Below are positions 53,681 to 64,000 of a stretch of 64,000 nt of DNA, piece after piece. Position 1 is the stretch's first letter. Each line of letters starts with the position of its first letter. This DNA comes from Trichoplax sp. H2 (Eukaryota): the NCBI GenBank assembly GCA_003344405.1, contig NOWV01000239.1:1-64000 (forward strand). The letters are read 5' to 3'. The notes under the pieces are model-generated. The model did not search any database and had not been told where the DNA came from. It worked only from the letters and a program-made list of their open reading frames with translations. The position numbers were made by a program, and so were the translations under genes.

Positions 53681-54810
53681 TGCAATATGACGGATGCGTT
53701 TGTCAACGGCAATTTGCAAAATGCCTAATCAACATTTACGAGTTGATTGTAGCCAATATCTCTTCAAATTCAAATAAATAATGAAAGAAACAGGTAAGGA
53801 TAACTGCTACTATTACACATTTAGATAAGTCGACTACAGTATGATTGAACTCTAATTTATCCCAAAGCATGAATATGGCAATAATGAATGTTACAATAAC
53901 TCAAGTCTTGAATATATACAAGTACATTTCTATAGCCGTGATAATGCTTACAAGGTATGCATGGCCTGCAATAGACGAAACATCTTTTTTGGAATATTAT
54001 CTGTGCTACAATTTCTAATTTTGCTATATTTAGTTAAAATTACAAAGGCATCGGCTTTAGTCGTCATTCTGGATAATTTTTTGTAACACCCTAACAATAG
54101 CTTTAATGCGCGAAATCAAGTGTATTAGAAACGAAAATTTCGCCACATAACTAAAAAGTAAACTTTACAAGTAAATCTAAACCAAGATGTCGAAAGTGGT
54201 AATTCAGTAAACGATTCTCCGCAATTTTCCAACTGATGAGAAGAAGTAGAAAATTTAAACGCATATTTAAGATATTTAAAATAATTTGAAATCCATCCGT
54301 ATTGCAACCGTTTATAGATTGCTTTTGCAATAAACCAATTCCCAACATGAAGTACTTTAACATCTGTATTACTCTCTCAAGGAAATAGCATGTTGCAGCT
54401 GTATGATAAAACGTGACTCCTTTTAAATTTCGCTGATACAATTACATAAACAAATTCAGGTCTATCACGTACAATTTCAAGGCAACTGAAGTATTTTGCT
54501 GGCTTGCAAAAATTTTTATTGACAGTACGATAACTAGAAATTTTCTCAACTATCAACAGATTTAAATTTAATCATTAGATAATAGGTAACATTTGCTATT
54601 AAATAATCTCTTTAACCTATCAATTAGATTTCACTTTTATCTAATTTTTGCTTCTGTCACTTGCGTATAATAAATATTTTAAGAAATACTGGTATGGTCA
54701 TTACCAAAGTGCTATATTGAAAGAATATTATAGTATCGTTTATCTCTAATATTTCGCAAATAGCGTATGCTAGCTTTTATTAAAATCATTACATTGTATG
54801 ACATACGAGC

Positions 54811-55374
54811 TATCACAAACCAACTTCGTGACAAAGATAACGTAAAGCAAATCTCTAAATTACCATAGCTCCGGTCTTCAGTGTCTCTTAACTACCTCAC
54901 AAGAATTTAGACGCCTTTGCTTCTACGTTAAAACAACTATAAAACTCTTCTTTTATTCAACTATCTGCCGAGCTTAAATACCCTTCGGCAGCTATCATGT
55001 ATGAGTCATAAAAGTTCACGAACTTTAGCTCATGTTGGATAGCTAAATTAATACAGACATTATTCATAATTCTGGACTTTTACTGAACGATCTAGATAAT
55101 TAGACTACATGATGTCCATATACACAATTATTTATAGTATCACCTATAATTGAATATCTTCAGGATATTCATCACAAGCGTTACAAGACGTAACACTATC
55201 ATCAATTAATATTAGTTACCTTATGAGAACTCTTACTACAATACAGCATAATTTACTGTAACAAAATAATAACTACTGTAGTTCTTACTGTAAGTCATTA
55301 TTAGTTATCTCCATATATAAATGTTAAACACTAAATCTAGTCATTTACTCTTCACGCTGGTTCGTACCATGAAA
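54811..55374 (-). mobile_element. Solo-LTR-like element, family A (long subtype)
   Basis: Reverse complement of 4286-4853; perfect TSD CGAGC. Confidence 0.85.
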
Positions 55375-56199
55375 CGAGCATATTAATTCTTTCTCAGTAA
55401 GGTTGAGAAATCAGTGCAAGTTTAAGTGTAATTTGAAAATCAGCAATGTGCACATATTCAATCATCCACTATCTTATACACTCACGTTTTTATTGTGTAA
55501 CAAAGGGGTATCTGTCTCCAAATATTAGTCACTTTCACATAAGTATTAAGGGAATAACTTGAGCTTAAATAAATCTTTATTACGAATTCAGTTATAATAA
55601 AAAAGCTAGTCTTAGATGACAGGAGAGTACGAAAGAATCAAACGAGAGTTAAATCCTTTTGCTTATATAATATTCAACATCAATTGATCATAAAAATGAT
55701 ATAAACAAAATCTATGCTACATTACCCTAAGTCTTATCTATGAGATTAGTATAATAAATTCTTATAACTTATAGTAGTCTTAGCTACCATTACAATACGA
55801 TTCTTTCGACATAACAGTATGTTATTAAAATAACAAATCGATATTTACATAAGCATTCATAACACAATAGGTGAATATTGTAATTATAATGTTACGGCCA
55901 TTCTTAGGAATGGCAGTAATAACAACAATACCATATGACTACTGTACCAATCTTAACAATCACACACATCTTTAAAATAAATCGACCGGCATGAGCACTT
56001 TCAGTTGCATCATGTAAGTCCAGCGTTTACATCTATGTGAAAGCTACTTCACTACATATTGCAATATTGAGTGGCAACGCGACGTAGAGCAACTTTTCAT
56101 AGAAGCGTAATTTCGTTGTCTTAAGATAGCTTATGTAAGAATACACCAACACGGACTTCCAGATATCTCTAGAAGTCCATGGATATGAATTTGTCTATG

Positions 56200-56829
56200 T
56201 ACTAGGGGATAGAAATAGCCCTAGCTTGCAACTAAGATTGAGAGTGTGTCTAATATGTACTACTGTGAATTAGAATATCAATAATTATAAGTTGATGTTA
56301 TAATGCAGATATAATTAAGATTTAAAACAGTCAGGCCTCTAATTTATTTAGAAATCGCAATCTACTTTATATCCGCGAGGCTGCAGTCTATATAGAATTT
56401 GATATCTAGAACCAGTTCAACTATAAGAGTCACCTCATCTTTCTGAAACTAACCAATTAATGCTCTAAAAAGTCTTCATTTGTATGAATTTAACACAGTG
56501 TAATCCCATTACATTTTTTTATCAGTATTACATTGATCAGTTCCTAATAGTAATCTAACAAAGATATGTTAGACTATAATACTAAGATATTTCATTTAGA
56601 CATAGAAACTGTACTTTCAACCTTAACGTCAGGCAATATAGTCTGATGTAAATAGTCTGTAATTACTATTTGAGTCCAGCTAATCCCAAATTAAGGATTA
56701 CCCTACTTACACTTACACTGTGAAGCAGTAAAGTTAAATTTAAGGAAATCGCAAACATTACTGATAACAAGCATATATCAAAAGTAACTTTGAAATAATG
56801 TACATGTCAAGAATGTTACTTTCATGGCA
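56200..56829 (-). mobile_element. Older family F solo-LTR-like element
   Basis: Colinear with 41099-41719; degenerate ends; TSD CTATG/TTATG. Confidence 0.6.
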
Positions 56830-57619
56830 TTATGATCCCTGATTTCATACTTCTGAAATATTATCTAATTGCTAATCATTTATGATCGATTTTGTGTTAA
56901 TTCTACCTAAGCAGGCAGATTTTTTATCGAAAATGAGGGTTTATAATATAATTGGCGTAGAAGAGACGTATCGTTGCAACGGCCTCTCGACGAGGGAAGA
57001 TGGTCAGTATTAAGAGTCATACTACAGGGAGCGTCTTAGGAACGGCAAGTCTCACAATAGACTAATAGTGTATTTTCCTAAAAATAGTTTAATTTCCTTG
57101 CCATAGATTTCAGTTTGTAAGAAAAAGATTCAGATGAATAACAAACATTCTGATATAGAATAAATTAGGAAGAGCTCTATGGTGTATTAAATGACAAATA
57201 TTTAATCACTCAAAGGACATGAGCCTGTTTGATAGTAGGAAAAACAAATATCATTAGATTTTAAAAAGAAAATTTCGTACGATGAAGTTTATCCGGCATT
57301 ACGTAATACCTATTTAGCGCATAAATTTTAACTACAATAAAATATATTCATATCTTTAATTGATTCATTTAAACTATGCTGACTGATTTCTTGCAGTGTC
57401 ATATCAACTAAATCTAAAGCAGCAATGCTAAAATTAATATTTTTCGATAATTAAGCTCTTAATTTAGGCATAAAAGGGTAAAATACTTCAGATCAATTTA
57501 AGTTTTTATTTTACAATTGAAGAATATTAATGAAGAAGATACAAATAAAAGGGCAATAATATAAAAAACGAAATGGACTCTAATTGATTAAATGAATATT
57601 ATATGGTAAAGTTATTATT

Positions 57620-57742
57620 TAAGCCGTACGTCGTACGCAGTACAATGTTTTGAGAAATCATAACTATTTAAGCTTTCTACAGGTATGGCTTTATAATTGG
57701 TACGGCCCATTTTCGTTTAGGCGGCTTCGCCTGCTATTCTAG
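57620..57742 (+). mobile_element. Possible Helitron 3' terminus
   Basis: GC-rich hairpin GGCG-gctt-CGCC, then 7 nt and CTAG. Confidence 0.35.
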
Positions 57743-58399
57743 AATAATTGCGCACAATTACTACTAGGCAAAAGAAAATTTAATATTCGGATCTATTAAA
57801 GTCCTAACGTACGTGAAGAACAAGAAATAGAGCTTGTCAGAAATCAGCATACCCTAACATATTTTTCCACAGTGTACATGATATTTTCTTATACGTATTT
57901 CGCTTATTCATTTTTGTAATTAATTTTTATCATCTGGCGATTTTTTTATTAATTGCACATCTGCAGCTATCAATTTATCTAAGTCACGCACTTCCCACGA
58001 TAAGGTGAATACCTTAATATATCAGCTACAAACGTCATTATAATATCTTTTATGATCGAATATAATAAGCTTTATCCAACAATTAATAGCAAATAATAAA
58101 CAATTACATTAAAAATCATTAACAGAGTGACAGTATAAAAGTTAAAAAAATTTCATTTTTAACTTTTATATATCATATTATATCCAAAAAACAATACTGC
58201 GTCAATTAACTATTTCAAACAAGCGTGGGCCGGTAATCGATCAAAAATGCTACTGTTCTACAGATCTAATAATTGTTTTCTATTCTTGAATTCATTTGGA
58301 TTTCCATACTAACTCTATATAAGTATTTATGAAGGTCTTTCAAGTATCATTACCAGCAAATGTCTAAGGCGTTACCAAATGCAATCTCACTAATGAATT

Positions 58400-58782
58400 A
58401 CAGAAGTTCGCACGAAAACATTGACTTTTATACCATTCATATTAGTCATGATTTTGGCTAGTAGCTGGCGATGGTTGGGCTTATATTTGCAACTTGATTC
58501 TTAAAGAACGATTCTATTGATATTCTTATTGATTGTAAAATGTAATCTTATACTAAGCGTAGAAATTGATTAGAGCTCAGTTTGTTAGAAAGCACCAGCG
58601 GCCGCTCCCACAGAGTATAAAAGGAGCGAGCTCATAACGACCAGTTGTTCCGAAATTCAGTAGTCATAAAGGCTCGTCGAACGAGATAATAAACTTTTTA
58701 ACGGAATACTCTTCAAGTAATTGATTAACTATATGTACCCCGAGTACATTAGGATATTAGTTACTGGAGTGAACCGTTCACA
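58400..58782 (+). mobile_element. Probable LTR remnant (left boundary unresolved)
   Basis: TATAAAA 58616-58622, AATAAA 58688-58693, ends TTCACA; no TSD found. Confidence 0.35.
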
Positions 58783-61700
58783 AAGAAGAAAATTTATGAC
58801 AGATATATAATAGATTTGATGGGTAAATTATAGGCAATTAATAGGCTAATGGTCGCCATATCTTACGATTGCACTAAAGGTATAAATATATACGTGCTTT
58901 ATTCATTCGTAAGATGTGCTAAATAAGTATTTATTAATCCTTTATCACCACTTATGCAGTATTCTAGGTTACTGCACAGTGGCTGAGTTACCAGCACGAC
59001 ATATTAATTCTACAACTAATAGTAAATGTAATAAGTAATATCCTAACTTTAGTGAAACTCGTTAAATTATGACGAATTGCAAAAATAAACTTCGATGTAG
59101 ACAGTAGAAGAGCAATGATATCAAACAGTTAGTCTAGTGACGCAATCACGACAGACTTATATGAAGACTTTTCGAAAGTCAATAATTTATAAACTATTTC
59201 ACAATTCGGTAGTTATGATTTTATCCTTCAATCTATTCTTATCTGAAACTGGTACAAATTTTATTGTTATTTCTGATCATATCGCTTGCAGTAGGTTATG
59301 CAATTTGGAAGTAAAAGCTTGTATCTACAGACTACGTTTGTTTGCTTTAGATAGTAACGGTGAGTCGTTATTACGTACTCACTATAAAATCCCGTCATAT
59401 AGCGAATTAAATTAATCCAAAATTGTCATATAAAATGGTAAAATTAAAAATGAATTACTATTTAAGTCAGCTAAAGTCATGAATAGATCACAAAGTATTA
59501 TACAAATTACAATTCGGAATACTTCATACGTAATTAACCTTTCAAGCAGCACTGGGATATATTATTCGAAGGAAAAAACGATTTTCCACGAAATTTTAAT
59601 TAGAATATTACCAATTGGACGTGTAGACATTTGTCTATAATGCTATTATCATCGACAATATCAAAGATATTAGAGTATTCGATTATTGTAATTAATAACA
59701 ACAATATTCCTAGAACAAGTATGCAAATCGTTCAAAACGAAAGCATCAAGACTTTCAGTACGTGCGGCAATGTAGTAAAATATAAGATCTATACTAATAT
59801 ACGACGATCACCATGGTGTCTTTAATTAATGGACACTGCACTGAAAGGATCTCAAATCAGTTAAACAATTCTTCACAAGAAAAAGTGAAATAATTGCAAA
59901 TTCTTCTGTAATTTGACTATAAAATTTTATTTTTATCATTGTTATTATCAAAACAAATTTCATCAGTTCTTTTTATTTCACTTTTTATAATTTATTTGTC
60001 AAACTTCTATTATTATTTATGAATATACCTATAAGCTAAAATTAAACATTTAAACCTATTAATTAGCATTTGGAAGGTTAGAAAAGTATATTCTTTATTG
60101 TGCCAACAGTTGAAGTTCTGATGCTTTCCTTTTTTCTCACACATTTTTCATATCTGAATGATGTAGTAAGATATTAAATAAACCTTTCCTGTATCTCCAA
60201 ATAATATTTTTAAATTGTCCAAAACCAAAAATTTATTTTATTAAATGAGAACCCCAGACTTCGAACTTTTGATGGAAGTATCCAGGTAAAGGCGGAAGAG
60301 TACTCTGATTAGGCCGGTCTATAGAAATCGATGTAAGTACAACGAACTATTTATTCTTAAATAGTTATCAACACCTAATACTTAAATAAAATTTTATGAA
60401 CGCAAGAAATTTGAATTGATGATTGTGAATTGAGGAAAACTAGATAATTTAAAGCTATATAAATATAATTTTTCATAGCAATTTAAGTCTGATTTGTAAT
60501 TATACCAACATAAAATCGATAATCCTAACTACCTGATTTAAGTTCAACACTGAAACTATAAATTTCTTCAAATAATATATATTTAAATAATTACAGATTC
60601 AACTTAAATTTCAAAAGTAACTGACAGAGTTGTTTTCCTTTTTCATTTTTCTTTTTTATTATTATGTTAGAAACTTGCTATAGTCCCTATGACTAACTTT
60701 TTATCTTTAAATAACATTCATAATTATTCAGCAATTTTAATCACCAAATAATTTATGAAACTGATATATCTTCTTATTGTCTTCTTTGACTCTCTCTATG
60801 AGCAAGTAATCGGAAATTATGTATAAATGTGAAATAGAATTTGATAGTATACCAATAAGTAAGATTATTATCTACTTATTTTCAGTATTTCTTTATCTTA
60901 TTAAATTCACTATTCCGATTAAATTTTAACTATGGAATCTATTGAGGAATTACATCAGTCAAGGCACAAATACTAAATAAAATTGACTTTCACTATTTTA
61001 GTTTAAAATTAAAGATAAGCTAGATTATTTTAACGATATTACGATAACTTTACTGTTTCGTTAATATCGTTTAATTTCTTGTATCGTGATCAATCAAATG
61101 CTCTTGCAGTATATTATGAAGAAATAATATTTCTGAAAAATTTTACACTGCAAGAATCTGTTCATATAATAAGCATTCTCATGCAATCTTAAAAATTTAA
61201 TCTTAAGCTTTTTAGAAGCTGCATCACAAATCGTAAAAAAATTACATCGAATAACCTTGAGATAACTTACAATAAATTTTTAACGATAAAGTAAAGTTTA
61301 AGCTAAGAATCTCAAAATTACTTAAAATTTAATTATTTCGCATGTTTATCGATATACTTAACTGGCAATGTCCATTCACATTTTTCTATCTGATCAATGA
61401 AGAACTCCATAAAATGGAACATTAAACTTTGCTCTTAGTTAAAAAATTAAAACGCCTAGCAATAACTGCTAGATATGCGTAAAGAATTGCTAATTATAAA
61501 AATAAAATTAAAAGAATTTCGTATCTACCATCAACCTCGATTTTTAATCCAGGGAGATAGTCATGACTAATATCAAATTCACAACTTTTCTATAATCTAG
61601 GTTAGTAGCAAATTTGCTCACTCTACATTATTGTTATGTATTCGAGAGATATCCCTACCCTTAAACTATTTCGAATAAATTTTATTAAATACTCTTAATA

Positions 61701-62398
61701 AAGCTAAAGCAGTGAAGCAAATCTTCACTCTTTCAAATTGTAAAATAAAATGGCCGCACTAGCACTACTAATAATGTACATAGCTATTTACTATAGTAAT
61801 TAAAAAGAAAAATAATTTAAATTTCTGTATTTCATTTGCAGCTCGAAAAAATTTGTGTCTTCTGCAATAAATGAAAATTTTAGGTAATTTCAATTGTGAT
61901 AAATACTTCTCATTGGAGTACGTTACGCTAGCCGCAGTAAGTGGCATCCAACCTTATATAGCAGCAATGCAGCATTTGAACTCAACGAGTTTCGTAACAC
62001 TCATTGTCTACTTCAAAAATAATTAAGCTATTTTTAGCTACTTAAGAAAATACAGTAATAAAAGCTATAAAAGCGAGCTTAAACATTTAGTAGGAATTAA
62101 ACCATAGCTTTTCAGTTGGTAATTCAAGGAAACAAAATATATCATAAATTTTTCCTAGCATTTACCCGTGAGGTATCAAAAGAATTTAAAAATAGTGAAT
62201 GGGCTACATTTAGTACGATAATACTTATATCAGATCTTAAACAATTTACATTTAATTGATTTCTAACATAAGAATAAGGAAATATAAATCACCCATGAGT
62301 TCCAATTGATCAATAAATTCAATAATCATGCACACTAGTAAACTATAGAAAAAGGATTCCTAAAATTATATATTAAAATGTATTATTTAATGACATCA

Positions 62399-62905
62399 TA
62401 TCACAAACCAGCTTTGAGACAAGGTTCACGTAAAATTAAATCTCTAAATTTCTAAAGCTTTCAGGATTCAGTATACCGTAACTACTCACAAGGACATAGA
62501 CACCCGTACTTCTACGTTAGAATATTAGAGAACTGATTTTATTCGTTGAGCTGCCGAGCTTAAACACTTTTCAGCCGTGGCTAACATTGATGAACCGTCT
62601 TACAACAATATTTATCGAAATGAACATTTACTGACGATTTTACGTAATCGAACTACAGTATGTCCATTTACAGAGTCTTTCTAAAACACCTACTATGTAC
62701 CATTAGCTAGAATCTCAATTACAAGAATTTTTGCAGTATTCAATTACTATATAAGAATTGTATTAGTACAGCATATAATAATTTACTGAAATATTTTATA
62801 ACTTCAGTGATTCCTAATGTAAGCAATTGATCGTAATCATCACGTATAAATGTTAATTCGCTAAATTTACTCCTTTAATTCTTCACGGTAGTTCGTACCG
62901 TGACA
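62399..62905 (-). mobile_element. Solo-LTR-like element, family A (diverged, 507 bp)
   Basis: Family A termini; perfect TSD CATCA. Confidence 0.85.
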
Positions 62906-63194
62906 CATCAAAATATATGTTCAATTTCAAGTGACTGCTATCATCCTTCTCCATAACAGTAATTTAATCGTAATTATTTGCACGCACTCCTGTACTTTTT
63001 ACTGATATGATTCTTTAGTCACTTACTCTAAATAAAGTGACTAATCCAAAATTGTCAGTTTACTATCTGTCCTATCACAGAACATTTCTACGATAACCTA
63101 CAATGTACCACAGGTAAATTATAATCGCAGTGATTTGAATTATAAGAAGATTATTCTCGATTCCCCAATTAAATTACTAATTTCAGTAGGCTAT

Positions 63195-63636
63195 TGTCAC
63201 GGTACGAACTAACGTGAAGAAATAGCCATCTAAATTTGGTTAATATAATATAGTGATATTATATTACAACTAGTTACTTACAATAGGAATTACTCTAGTT
63301 ATAAATGTGTTACAGTAAATTTAATGCTGTGCTGTAATGTGCACTGAAATGATTCTGTGAATGGACATATTGTAGTCCGACTGTGAAAAACTAGTTAGTA
63401 GATGTTCTCACCTCAGTATTTTTATAAGATGACTTGTGAATGTTAGCTGCTGTAAAAGGGTATATAAGCCCGTCAGATAGTTGAATAAAGCAGTTCTAAA
63501 TTGTCTAGTTGAGTTTAACGTAGAATCAAAGGCGTCTAAATTCTTGTGAGATAGCTAAGGGATACTGAATCCCGGAGACTATAGTAATTTAGAGATTTGT
63601 TTTACATTATCCTTGTCACGAAGCTGGTTTGTGACA
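63195..63636 (+). mobile_element. Solo-LTR-like element, family A (short subtype)
   Basis: TGTCAC...GTGACA, perfect TSD GCTAT, TATATAA at ~63461, AATAAA at ~63484; abuts a family C remnant. Confidence 0.9.
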
Positions 63637-64000
63637 GCTATATATTCACCATAAAAGCTAGCGCTATATTTAAATATCGCATATCTGAATTAGAAACTCT
63701 TTATATAAGGGTAAATCAACAAAATTATCCTAAGGTTGACGTTTCTACTATAATTTCGATATTACAGTGTATAATACTGTAACAATATAACATAAACGAT
63801 ACTACCAATTCTAGTACTTTCCTAAATTCTAATTAGGTATTTACTTGTAAACCTAATAAGATTGAAAGAAAATATTTTATTACTGATAATTATGATCTGA
63901 ATATGTTATCAAACAAATTGAATGTATTTTTATTACTTTGAAACAGCTGTATACAATTGATAAATAAAATAATTCGTATTAAAATTTGCTGCTAAAACTT

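Noticed and set aside
54125..54441. Short minus-strand ORFs (60 and 96 aa)
   Set aside because: No recognisable domain or exon chain; might be a decayed gene but unsupported
59500..61600. Possible decayed NTPase-like coding region on the minus strand (FLVLDNL at ~60220)
   Set aside because: Frequent stops, no Walker A motif found; a single short motif is insufficient

Overview
AT-rich, intron-rich animal genomic DNA; the compact introns and gene content are consistent with a basal metazoan such as the placozoan Trichoplax, but that is inference. Two convergent multi-exon genes could be reconstructed by hand from splice sites. (1) + strand 6549-13826: 17 exons, ~830 aa, signal peptide - LRRNT fused directly to an LRRCT-like cap - furin site - MAM - kringle - 2x SRCR - MAM - GPI-signal-like tail. 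(2) - strand 48910-16705: a giant LRR-containing GPCR (RXFP/GRL101-type hinge and 7TM, no LDLa found). It has 42 intact single-LRR phase-2 exons (~1000 aa of LRR), a repeated Cys-paired two-exon LRR module, several decayed LRR exons and a broken exon 2 that cryptic splice sites could rescue. Non-coding DNA holds at least 13 solo-LTR-like TG...CA elements with 5-bp TSDs (one nested), Helitron-like ends (one with a filled/empty site pair across a 20-N gap) and a 20-bp minisatellite. No gag/pol, RNA genes or CRISPR arrays were seen.
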